From an uncultured Acidimicrobiaceae bacterium (GTDB taxonomy: Bacteria > Actinomycetota > Acidimicrobiia > Acidimicrobiales > RAAP-2): a stretch of DNA of 64,000 bases. Under the pieces are notes generated by a model. The model was not told the origin of the DNA, made no database searches, and saw nothing but the letters and a program-made list of their open reading frames with translations. How positions within the stretch are numbered: the stretch's first letter is position 1; each line of letters opens with the position of its first letter. The position numbers were made by a program, and so were the translations under genes. The stretch covers positions 2,617,621-2,681,620 of the forward strand of contig OY969919.1 of assembly GCA_963704585.1 (NCBI GenBank), in the 5' to 3' direction. Positions 29,829 to 38,641 of this stretch are shown here, one piece after another.

Positions 29829-31463
29829 TCACTTGTGGTGCACCCCGAGCTCGATGGCCTTGACGAGGAGCAGGAGCACGGCGACGACCAGGTAGCCGCG
29901 CAGGAGGTACATGCCGATGAGGCGGCCGCGCGACCAGGTCGGTCGCTCGAGGAGGGCGAGCGAGGGCATGCGCCAGTTGGCGCGCTGCTCTCTTGAGACC
30001 GCCGGTACGGGCTCACGGCGCGACCGCTGCCGCACGAGGGCGATGCCGCCGATCAGGTAGCCGACGACGAGCACCCCGCCGAGCACGACAGAGAGGACCC
30101 GCACGTTGACCTGGCTGAAGAGCGTCGTCGCCATGAGGACGAGCGACATCATGAGCAGCACGGTCACGATGACGGTCGCCAGCACGTTGAGCCACGTCCG
30201 GTTGACCCACGGTCCGAGGACCTCCTTGTCGTTGCAGAGCAGGAGGAGGAAGACCGTCGCGCTGGGCAGGAGCACGCCGGCCAGCGCCTGGACGGCCGTT
30301 GTGATGAGGCCGAGCGGCGCACCGGGGATCAGCACGATGCCGGCGGCGACCACCACCATCGAGGCGAACGCGCCGTAGAAGAACTTGGCCTCGCGCCAGC
30401 TGCGGTGCAGCGAGTGGCGCATGCCGAAGATGTCCCCGAAGGCGTAGGAGGTCGCAAGCGTGACCGATGCCGCGCCGATGATCGACGCGTTGAGCAGGAC
30501 GATGGCGAAGAGCGCCCCGGCGGCGTGCCCGACGGTGCTGTCGAGGCCGCTCGCGACGCCACCGGCGTTGGTGAAATGCCCGGCGAACGTCGTGCCGCCG
30601 AAGGCGGCGGCCGTGACGGCCATGAGCAGTGAAGCGGCGAAGACGGTGATCAGCGATCCGATCACGGTGTCGGCGCGCTCGTAGTTGATCCAGCGGGGGG
30701 TGATCCGCTTGTCGACGATGTTCGACTGCTGGAAGAAGAGCTGCCACGGTGCCACGGTCGTCCCGACGATGGCGATGACGAGCAGCACCGAGGTCGAGGT
30801 GAACCCGCCCTGCACGCCCGGAGTCGCGAGATGGTGGAGGAAGTCTCCGGCAGACGGGTGGCTGAAGACGGCGAGCGGGATCACGAGGAAGTTGGCGAAG
30901 ATGAACACGAACATGAACCGCTCCCACCGCCGGAAGCTGCCTGTCGCGGTCATGGCGACGAGCGCGAACGCGGCGATGGGGACCGAGACGTACTGGCTCA
31001 CGCCGAAGTAGCCGAGGGCGAGGCTCACCCCGATGAACTCCGTCGCGATGGTCAAGAAGTTGAGGATGAACAGGTCGCCGACGGAGAAGGCCCCCCAGAA
31101 GGTGCCGAAGCGCTCGTTGATGAGGCGCGCGTGGCCCACCCCGGTGACCGCGCCGAGGCGGACGACCATCTCCTGGTTCACGATGAGCACCGGTACGAGC
31201 AGCGGGAGCGTCCACAGGAGGGTGAGCCCGTAGTTCTGACCGGCCTGTGCATAGGTCGAGACGCCACCGGCGTCGTTGTCCCCGATCATCACGATGAGGC
31301 CCGGACCCATGATCGCGAGCAGGGTCAGCGCGCGGGCTCCCCAGCTGCGGCGCACGCCGACGTCGTGCTGGCGGATCGTCCCGAACGCGCCCCGGATGTC
31401 GCCGAGGTGCGCCTCGTCGAGCACCGCGGACGACGGCTCGGATGAGGCGATCTGCTCGTCCAC
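29829..31463 (-). CDS. NRAMP-family transporter with NRMT-type (Mg2+) binding-site substitutions
   Basis: NRAMP fold throughout. TM1 reads GDNDAGGVSTY where canonical transporters have DPGN. TM6 reads GTTVAPWQLFF where canonical transporters have GAxVMPH. GTG 31463 follows AAGGAGGTG. Extra C-terminal helix. Confidence 0.8.
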   Translation of the reverse strand: MDEQIASSEPSSAVLDEAHLGDIRGAFGTIRQHDVGVRRSWGARALTLLAIMGPGLIVMIGDNDAGGVSTYAQAGQNYGLTLLWTLPLLVPVLIVNQEMVVRLGAVTGVGHARLINERFGTFWGAFSVGDLFILNFLTIATEFIGVSLALGYFGVSQYVSVPIAAFALVAMTATGSFRRWERFMFVFIFANFLVIPLAVFSHPSAGDFLHHLATPGVQGGFTSTSVLLVIAIVGTTVAPWQLFFQQSNIVDKRITPRWINYERADTVIGSLITVFAASLLMAVTAAAFGGTTFAGHFTNAGGVASGLDSTVGHAAGALFAIVLLNASIIGAASVTLATSYAFGDIFGMRHSLHRSWREAKFFYGAFASMVVVAAGIVLIPGAPLGLITTAVQALAGVLLPSATVFLLLLCNDKEVLGPWVNRTWLNVLATVIVTVLLMMSLVLMATTLFSQVNVRVLSVVLGGVLVVGYLIGGIALVRQRSRREPVPAVSREQRANWRMPSLALLERPTWSRGRLIGMYLLRGYLVVAVLLLLVKAIELGVHHK

Positions 31464-31690
31464 GGGGCTCACCTCCTTCGTTCGGGCGGGGGACGGTGCT
31501 CGGGGCAGGCGCCATGCCGGGGCCGTGTCCGATCCGGCGGGCCCGGCGAGCGTGGATGGAAGGGGCACCGGCACGGCGGGGCACCTGTGGTGGGGGACGT
31601 CGCGGCAGCGAAGCCGTCGCGGTCCGCCGTGCGCACGTGCGCGAGGTCAGAGCGGATCGTCGCTGGCGGGTTTTCGCTCGCGCCGCACCG

Positions 31691-32980
31691 TCAGTCCTCG
31701 ACCGACGACGTGCCGAAGTCGCGCCGCCATCCCGTCGGGAGGAGGAGCTCGAGGACGTCGTCGACCGTGACGACGCCCAGGATCCGCTGGTGGTGCGCGT
31801 CGAGCACCGGGGCCACGACGAGATTGAAGTCGGACATCTTGCGGGCCGTGGCACCGAGGTCCCAGTCCGGGTGGACGTGGGGCGGGTCGTGGTCGAGCAC
31901 CGCGTCGAGCTCGTCGGAGGGGCTCGCCTTGATGAGGGTGACGGCCGGCGCGGAGCCGCTCACGTGGTCGTTGTCGTCGAGCGCGAACACGACGTTGAGC
32001 GTCTCGACCGGTGCGGTGCTCCGCTGGACGGCCTGGAGCGCAGCTCCGACCGACAGTGAGCCGGGAACGCAGAGGAAGTCCGGGCTCATGAGGCCCCCTG
32101 CGGTCTCGGGGTTGTAGCTGAGCAGCGAGCGGATCTTGCGTCGCTTCGGCTCCGGGACCAGCTCGAGGATGGGAAGGCGACGTTCCTGGTCGACCTCGGT
32201 GATCAGGTCGGCGGCGTCGTCGGGGGCCATCGACGCGAGGAGGCGCGCGGCTTCGCGGTCCGGTCGCGAGTGAAGGAACTCGACCTGGTGCTCGGTGTCC
32301 AGCTCCTCGAAGACGTCGGCCTCGAGCTCGACGTTCTCACCGACCGCCTCGATGATCTCCTCGCCCTCCTCGTGGGACGCCGCCTCGACGAGATCGGCGA
32401 TCTGGGCGGGGTGGAGCTTGGCGAGCTTGCGGTAGGGGATCCGCAGTCGCGACGACGGGACGTGCGAGACGAACGGCTCGATGCTCGCCCAGTCGACGAC
32501 CGGTCCCGATGGCGCCTTGCGGCCCAGTCGACCGGGAAGGAAGCGCTGGCGCAGGGGATGGCTGGAGGGGTCGACGCCGACCACCTCCCAGGTCCCGTCC
32601 ACGTTCGCGAGCTCGATCTCGTTCGCCCGGATCAGCCGCCCACCGACGAAGTTGATGAGGTGGTGCGCCAGCAGGTCCCGTGCGAGCAGGAGCTCGCCGG
32701 GGCGTCGCTCGAAGCGCCGGAGGTCGACGCGCCGGCCGTCGAAGAGCACCCGGCCGCGCTCGAATCGTGCGACCTTGCGGATCGGGACGAAGAGGTCGCG
32801 GCCGCCGATCCTCACCACCAGTCCGACCACCGGGGGATGGGGACGGTCGCCGAGCCGGACGATCAGGTCCTCGACGCGACCGATCCGGTCGCCGGCGCGG
32901 TCGACCAGCGGGCGCTTGATCGCGTTCGAGAGGTGGAGGATCTCGACGTCCTGCTCGGCCGCGACCTCGTGCGCAGTCAT
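31691..32980 (-). CDS. Soluble MgtE-like protein: PRC-barrel-like N-terminus + MgtE N-domain + tandem CBS, no membrane pore
   Basis: HPAQIADLVEAASHEEGEEIIEAV…EADVFEELD…AARLLASMAPDDAADLI is MgtE_N-like. Two CBS-like units follow and the protein ends at …TGWRRDFGTSSVED with no hydrophobic helices. Confidence 0.78.
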   Translation of the reverse strand: MTAHEVAAEQDVEILHLSNAIKRPLVDRAGDRIGRVEDLIVRLGDRPHPPVVGLVVRIGGRDLFVPIRKVARFERGRVLFDGRRVDLRRFERRPGELLLARDLLAHHLINFVGGRLIRANEIELANVDGTWEVVGVDPSSHPLRQRFLPGRLGRKAPSGPVVDWASIEPFVSHVPSSRLRIPYRKLAKLHPAQIADLVEAASHEEGEEIIEAVGENVELEADVFEELDTEHQVEFLHSRPDREAARLLASMAPDDAADLITEVDQERRLPILELVPEPKRRKIRSLLSYNPETAGGLMSPDFLCVPGSLSVGAALQAVQRSTAPVETLNVVFALDDNDHVSGSAPAVTLIKASPSDELDAVLDHDPPHVHPDWDLGATARKMSDFNLVVAPVLDAHHQRILGVVTVDDVLELLLPTGWRRDFGTSSVED

Positions 32981-33051
32981 CGGTCTCCCACCGTAGTCGT
33001 CGTCGATCCGTCCTCCGCGGTGCGACACCGACCGGGGTTCGGGAGCCGTGG

Positions 33052-34917
33052 TCAGTCCGCGAGCGTCCCGGTCCCCTCGGGGGTGCGAATCGGGAGTGGC
33101 ACCCGGGCGACGACCACGTCGGGCCGGCGGTGGAGCTGCGCGGTGAGCGCGAGGTCGACCTGATTGTGGAGGAGCCGGTACCGGAAGTGCTCCGGGATCA
33201 CGACGGGGATCAGGACGACGACCTGCCGGTCCCCCTGCATGCGGAGCTCGTCGACGACCCCGAGGATCGGCTCGACGATCGAGGCGTACTCGGTGTGCAG
33301 GACCCGGAGCGGGACGCCGGGATCCCACTCCCGCCACTGAGCCTCCACGTCGGGTGGCCGGTCCTGCGCGGGCACGCCGTCGATGACGACGGTCACGGCG
33401 AGGACGTCGTCGCCGAGGGAGATCGCCTCGGTCAGCGCGTGGTGGGTCATGCGTGAGACGGACGTCACCGGGACGAGCACGATCGTCCGCTTGCGATGGA
33501 GGGGCGGCTGCGTGGTGCCTACTCCGAGCTCCTGTGCGGAGCGCGAGTAGTACGCCTCGATCCGGTTGAAGAGCAGGATCAGCAATGGAATGGCGACGAC
33601 GACGACCCAGGCACCCTCGACGAACTTGGTCACGAGGAAGATGACGGTTGCGAGGGCCGTGACGACGGCGCCCGTTCCGTTGACGATCGCGCGCCGGGTC
33701 CAGCCCGGCTCCCTCGTCCGGCGCCAGTGGACGACCAGTCCGGCCTGCGAGAGCGTGAACCCGGTGAAGACGCCGATCGCGAACAGCGGGATGAGCGTGT
33801 TGGTGTTGCCCCCGACTGCGACGAGCAGGATCGCCGAGAAGACCGTCAGCGCCAGGATCCCGTTGCCGAACACCAGCCGCCGGTCGCGCAGGCCGAAGAA
33901 GTGCGGCAGGCAGTTGTCGCGTGAGAGCAGGCTCGTGAGAACGGGCAGGCCGCCGAACGAGGTGTTGGCCGCGAGCGCGAGGACGAGGGTGATCGTGATC
34001 GACACGAGGTAGTAGGCCCAATGGCGCCCGACCGCCTCGGCCATGATCTGGCTGAGCACCGTCTCGTTCGAGCGGGGCTGGATGTGGAACTTGTTGGTGA
34101 GGACGGCGAGACCGAGCAGCATCGTGCCGAGGATCACGCCGAGGAGCAGTTCCGTCCGCTTCGCTCGTTGGACGCGAGGCTCCCTGAACAGCGGCACGCC
34201 GTTCGCGATCGCCTCGACGCCGGTGAGCGCGCTGCACCCCGCCGAGAATGCCTTGAGCACGAGCAGGATGCCGACGGCCTCGAGCGGATGGGTGGCGACC
34301 ACCGACGCGCCGGCAGGCGGTGTGCCGGCTCCGAATGGATGGACGAGGCCGACCGCGATGATCGCGAGGAGGCCCACGATGAACACCATGGTCGGAAGGA
34401 GGAATGCCCGGGCACCCTCACCGAGCCCGCGGAGGTTGAGCGCGGTGATCACGAGCAGGATCCCGATGCAGATGGGGACCGTGTACGGCGCCGTCGACGG
34501 GAAGGCGGACGAGAGCTGCCCGACGCCCGCGGCGATCGAGACCGCAACGGTCAGCGTGTAGTCCACGATGAGCGCCCCGCCGGCGAGCTTGCTCACCGCG
34601 GCTCCGAAGTTGTCGCGCGTGACCGCGTAGGCACCGCCTCCGTGCGGGTACGCATCGATCACCTGGCGGTAGGAGATCACGAGGATCGTGAGCAGCCCGA
34701 TGATGGCGATCGTGATCGGGAGGATGAGGTGCAGCGCGGTCGCACCCGCCGCAGCGAGCACGACCAGGATGGCCTCCGGTCCATACGCGACCGAGGTCAG
34801 CGCGTCGAGGGAGAGCGCTGAGAGCCCTTCGACCGGTGTGATCTCCTCGCTTGCGGCTTCGCTGGTCGACAGCGCGTGGCCGAAGAGGATCCGCTGCACC
34901 CTCCGGGTCGTACTCAT
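33052..34917 (-). CDS. APC superfamily permease with C-terminal cytosolic domain
   Basis: 12 TM helices ([17 protein letters not shown]… motif) plus an about 170-aa soluble tail. Start taken at ATG 34917. Confidence 0.85.
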   Translation of the reverse strand: MSTTRRVQRILFGHALSTSEAASEEITPVEGLSALSLDALTSVAYGPEAILVVLAAAGATALHLILPITIAIIGLLTILVISYRQVIDAYPHGGGAYAVTRDNFGAAVSKLAGGALIVDYTLTVAVSIAAGVGQLSSAFPSTAPYTVPICIGILLVITALNLRGLGEGARAFLLPTMVFIVGLLAIIAVGLVHPFGAGTPPAGASVVATHPLEAVGILLVLKAFSAGCSALTGVEAIANGVPLFREPRVQRAKRTELLLGVILGTMLLGLAVLTNKFHIQPRSNETVLSQIMAEAVGRHWAYYLVSITITLVLALAANTSFGGLPVLTSLLSRDNCLPHFFGLRDRRLVFGNGILALTVFSAILLVAVGGNTNTLIPLFAIGVFTGFTLSQAGLVVHWRRTREPGWTRRAIVNGTGAVVTALATVIFLVTKFVEGAWVVVVAIPLLILLFNRIEAYYSRSAQELGVGTTQPPLHRKRTIVLVPVTSVSRMTHHALTEAISLGDDVLAVTVVIDGVPAQDRPPDVEAQWREWDPGVPLRVLHTEYASIVEPILGVVDELRMQGDRQVVVLIPVVIPEHFRYRLLHNQVDLALTAQLHRRPDVVVARVPLPIRTPEGTGTLAD

Positions 34918-35041
34918 CGGGACGGGCGCGACCGGCACGCGATGAGTGGCATCGGCACCGGAGTCTACGAGTGGCTCAACGCGCGGACGCGGCACGTCCG
35001 GGCACGCCTCCCCGTCGAGCTCGGCCGGTTCGAGCTCCGAC

Positions 35042-35071
35042 TTGTTGGACGGATTTTGCGCACCGTAGGGT
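35042..35071 (+). promoter_or_regulatory. Possible promoter of cysK (TTGTTG-N18-TAGGGT)
   Basis: TANNNT-type -10 hexamer 39 nt upstream of the cysK ATG. Pattern match only. Confidence 0.25.
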
Positions 35072-35109
35072 CTTCACGTCGGAACAGGCTCGTGAAGGGT
35101 GTGACGATC

Positions 35110-36042
35110 ATGAAGATCGCGGACGACATCACCCAGCTCATCGGCAATACGCCGCTCGTCCGGCTCCGCCGACTGACCGAAGGGCTCGGCGCCGACGTGG
35201 TTGCGAAGCTCGAGTACTTCAATCCCGCGCACAGTGTGAAGGATCGGATCGGCGTCGCAATGATCGACGCGGCCGAGGAAGCCGGCTTCATCGGGCCCAA
35301 CACGATCGTCCTCGAGCCGACCAGCGGCAACACCGGTATCGCACTCGCCATGGTGTGCGCAGCGCGGGGCTACCCGTGCGTGTTCACCATGCCCGAGACG
35401 ATGAGCAAGGAACGCCGCGCGCTGCTGCGTGGGTACGGCGCCGAGCTCGTCCTCACGCCGGGGCCGGACGGTATGGCCGGCGCGATCGCGAAGGCGGAGG
35501 AGCTCGCGAAGAGCGACTCCCGGTACTTCGTCCCGCAGCAGTTCGAGAACCCTGCGAACCCTGCGATCCACCGGAGGACCACCGCCGAGGAGATCTGGCG
35601 CGACACCGACGGCGGCGTCGATGCCGTCGTGGCCGGCGTCGGAACCGGTGGGACGATCAGTGGCGTCGGCGAGGTTCTGAAGGAGCGCAAGCCGTCGGTG
35701 CGGATGGTGGCCGTCGAGCCCGCGGCGTCACCCGTCCTCTCGGGAGGTCAGAAGGGTCCGCATCCCATCCAGGGGATCGGCGCGGGATTCGTTCCGTCAA
35801 TCCTCGACACGTCGGTGATGGACGAGGTCGTCACCGTCGAGAACGACGACGCCTTCGAGTACGCGCGCCGGGCGGCGCGCGAAGAGGGGCTGCTGGTCGG
35901 CATCTCCTCTGGCGCCGCGATCTGGGCCGCGCTGCAGGTCGCCGCGCGACCCGAGAGCGCGGGGAAGCTGATCGTCGTGATCGTGCCCTCCTTCGGCGAG
36001 CGGTATCTGTCCACCCCGCTCTTCGCCGGCCTGGTCGACTGA
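35110..36042 (+). CDS. cysK: Cysteine synthase A (O-acetylserine sulfhydrylase)
   Basis: [11 protein letters not shown] (PLP lysine), [20 protein letters not shown]. Confidence 0.93.
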   Translation: MKIADDITQLIGNTPLVRLRRLTEGLGADVVAKLEYFNPAHSVKDRIGVAMIDAAEEAGFIGPNTIVLEPTSGNTGIALAMVCAARGYPCVFTMPETMSKERRALLRGYGAELVLTPGPDGMAGAIAKAEELAKSDSRYFVPQQFENPANPAIHRRTTAEEIWRDTDGGVDAVVAGVGTGGTISGVGEVLKERKPSVRMVAVEPAASPVLSGGQKGPHPIQGIGAGFVPSILDTSVMDEVVTVENDDAFEYARRAAREEGLLVGISSGAAIWAALQVAARPESAGKLIVVIVPSFGERYLSTPLFAGLVD

Positions 36043-36044
36043 GC

Positions 36045-36746
36045 GTGCTCGCGACGCTGCGGAGCGATCTGGAGGCGGCCCGCAGTCGCGATCCGGCGGC
36101 GAGGTCCAGCTTCGAGATCGCCCTTTGCTACCCGGGTGTGCACGCGGTCTGGAGCCACCGCGTCGCCCACCGGCTGTGGTCCAGCGGCTGGAGACTGGCG
36201 GCGCGCTTCTGTTCCGCGGCGACGCGGGTGGTGACCGGGGTCGACATCCATCCCGCCGCGCGTCTGGGCCCGGGGCTCTTCATCGATCACGCGACCGGTG
36301 TCGTCATCGGTGAGACCACCGAAATCGGGCGCGATGTGACCCTGTACCAGGGTGTCACTCTCGGTGGCACGAGCCTCGAGCGGGTCAAGCGCCATCCCAC
36401 GATCGGTGATCGGGTGACGATCGGCGCAGGTGCGAAGGTGCTCGGTCCGGTCACCGTGGGCGACGACAGCCGGATCGGCGCGAACGCGGTCGTGGTGAAG
36501 CCGGTGCCGCCGAACTCGGTGGTCGTCGGCGTGCCAGGACAGGTCATCGCACGGAGTCGCCCGAGGACCACCGACGCGCAGCCGGACCTCGACGGCACGC
36601 TCCTTCCCGACCTCATCGGGACGAGCCTCCAGGCGCTGCGCCGTCGGGTCGACCGGCTGGAGACGGCGGTCGAGGGAAGGTCCGCCGAACCCGAGGTGCG
36701 GCCGTCGGAGTCCGGCATCTGGCAGGGGGAGGACTTCTCGATCTGA
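36045..36746 (+). CDS. cysE: Serine O-acetyltransferase
   Basis: [31 protein letters not shown] hexapeptide repeats. GTG lies 3 nt after the cysK stop. Confidence 0.9.
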   Translation: MLATLRSDLEAARSRDPAARSSFEIALCYPGVHAVWSHRVAHRLWSSGWRLAARFCSAATRVVTGVDIHPAARLGPGLFIDHATGVVIGETTEIGRDVTLYQGVTLGGTSLERVKRHPTIGDRVTIGAGAKVLGPVTVGDDSRIGANAVVVKPVPPNSVVVGVPGQVIARSRPRTTDAQPDLDGTLLPDLIGTSLQALRRRVDRLETAVEGRSAEPEVRPSESGIWQGEDFSI

Positions 36747-36995
36747 CGAGGCCGGTGCTGCCGGACGTTTCCGTCTAGCCAGGCGCGAGTGCTGTTCGAC
36801 ACTCAGAGTGCTTCTGTTGACACAGAAAGTGACCAAAGCCTCTGGTCCGCAGCGCGGGGAAGGCGCAAGGTCAGAGAAGAGAGGCAGCGAACCCTTCGGG
36901 GTGCACCGCCTCAGCAGGGAGCGATTCCGTTCGGACGCGAGGGCCACCTTTGACGCGAGCGCCGACGCGTCCTCAGCCGAAAGGGGCAGGTCGCC

Positions 36996-38582
36996 ATGGA
37001 ACGGACGCGGCAGTCAGTCGGTGGAGACGGACCGGAGCCGAGGCAGAAGCGATGGTCGGGTCACCGGATCGCGAGGTTGCGGCGCCGGCTGCGGTCCGTG
37101 TCGGTCTTCGGCCTGTCGCTACTGACTGTCGGCGCACTGTCGTTGCCGCTCCTGGCGACACCGGTGGTTGCTTCGGGACCCCCTCCGTCGGTGACCGCGG
37201 TCGTTGCGAACAGCGGTCCACTCTCGGGTGGGCAGCGGGTGACCGTCCTCGGCACCGGCCTCTCGAGCCCGACCGCGGTGCACTTCGGTCTCAATCTGGC
37301 CACCGTGCTGGCGAGCACGAACACGACGGTGACGGTGACGTCCCCGGTGGGGTCGGCAGGGACCGTTCACGTGTCTGTCACCACGTCAAACGGAACGAGC
37401 TCGTTGACGAGCGCCGACTTGTACAGGTATGTGCAGGTACCGAGTCTCTATGTGGCGGACTCTGGCCTAGACGAGATCACGCCAATCACCTTCGCAAGCC
37501 AGGTTCCGAGAGCTCCTATCGGCGTGGGTGGAACGCCGACAGCAATCGCGATCACACCGAACGGCTCGACGGCACTTGTAGTGGACAGTGGATCGGACGA
37601 CGTCACTCCAGTCGATCTACCAACGGGAAGTCCAAGCGCGTCAATTTCCGTCGGCAGTGATCCGACGGCGATCGCGATCACGCCGAATGGAGCGACCGCC
37701 TACGTGACGAACAGCGGATCGGGCACGGTTACCCCAATCGCGACCGCCTCTGGTACGGCGGGTACGCCGATCACCGTCGGGAGCGATCCAGCCGGCATCG
37801 CCATCACGCCAGACGGACAGACCGCGTACGTCGCGGTGAGAGGGACCGGACATGTCGTGCCGATCGCTCTGGGATCCGGCACGCCCGGGACACCGATCGC
37901 CGTCGGCAGCCAACCGACGGGGATCGCGATCACGCCCGACGGTGCCACGGTGTACGTGACGGATGCAGGTTCGAACCAGGTGACACCGATCACGGTCTCG
38001 AGTGGTGCTGCCGGCACGCCCATCGGTGTCGGTACGACCCCTGTTGGCATCGCCGTCACTCCGAGTGGCCGCACTGCATTCGTCACGAACAGCGGTTCGG
38101 ACAACGTCACGCCGATCGCCCTGCCGAGTGGCGCCGCCGGGACGCCGATCGGGGTGGGGAGTACTCCCATCGGAGTCGCGTTCACTCCCGACGGATTGAC
38201 TGCTTACGTGTCCGATTCGGGCGAGGACGACGTGACGCCCGTCACGGTCTCGACGGGGACCGCCGGAACGCCGATCGACGTGGGGAGCGTCCCGCAAGGT
38301 CTCGCAGTTAGCCCCGACCAGGCGCCGACGGCGTCATTCACAGCGGTTCCCGCCGTTCCCGGGTCTGCATCGACGTTCGACGCGTCGGCGTCCGGAGCCC
38401 CCGCTGGGACGATCGCCCAGTACGCATGGGACTTCGGAGACAGCAGCACCACCGTGACGAATTCTGCGACGGTGAGTCACACCTACCTGGCAGCTGGGCC
38501 AGTTCACAGCCGGCTTACGGTGACGGATTCGGCTGGTACATCGACGATCGACGACATTCGCAGGTCAAACCGTTTCGAATAG
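36996..38582 (+). CDS. Secreted protein: signal peptide + IPT/TIG + about 7 YVTN-type 42-aa beta-propeller repeats + PKD domain with a disrupted C-terminus
   Basis: Signal-like LSLLTVGALSLPLLATPVVASG. Repeats follow P(I/V)xxxxGxxGxPIxVGSxPxGIAITPDGxTAYVTNSGSxxVT. The PKD core is YAWDFGDSST…TVTDSAGTST. The expected continuation FAGQTVSNSGANVG is in the +1 frame. Confidence 0.8.
   Translation: MERTRQSVGGDGPEPRQKRWSGHRIARLRRRLRSVSVFGLSLLTVGALSLPLLATPVVASGPPPSVTAVVANSGPLSGGQRVTVLGTGLSSPTAVHFGLNLATVLASTNTTVTVTSPVGSAGTVHVSVTTSNGTSSLTSADLYRYVQVPSLYVADSGLDEITPITFASQVPRAPIGVGGTPTAIAITPNGSTALVVDSGSDDVTPVDLPTGSPSASISVGSDPTAIAITPNGATAYVTNSGSGTVTPIATASGTAGTPITVGSDPAGIAITPDGQTAYVAVRGTGHVVPIALGSGTPGTPIAVGSQPTGIAITPDGATVYVTDAGSNQVTPITVSSGAAGTPIGVGTTPVGIAVTPSGRTAFVTNSGSDNVTPIALPSGAAGTPIGVGSTPIGVAFTPDGLTAYVSDSGEDDVTPVTVSTGTAGTPIDVGSVPQGLAVSPDQAPTASFTAVPAVPGSASTFDASASGAPAGTIAQYAWDFGDSSTTVTNSATVSHTYLAAGPVHSRLTVTDSAGTSTIDDIRRSNRFE
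37480..38330 (+). repeat. Intragenic tandem repeat, period 126 nt (YVTN blades)
   Basis: Six full copies and one partial copy of the 42-aa unit are visible in the translation. Confidence 0.8.
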
Positions 38583-38641
38583 CGGTGCCAACGTCGGCGA
38601 CAGTCACCCGAGCGAATAGTTCTTCCGCCTGAGGTAGACTG

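Noticed and set aside
36850-36995. Possible ydaO/c-di-AMP riboswitch upstream of the secreted propeller gene (GCGCGGGGAAGG… CGGGGTGCACC… CCGACGCGTCCTCAGCC blocks).
   Set aside because: The most conserved ydaO element (ACAGCUnACCUCGnAAGCG-like box) and the GGGGUGAAUCC box are not matched. The resemblance is limited to G-rich stretches. Only a cmscan with RF00379 could revive it.
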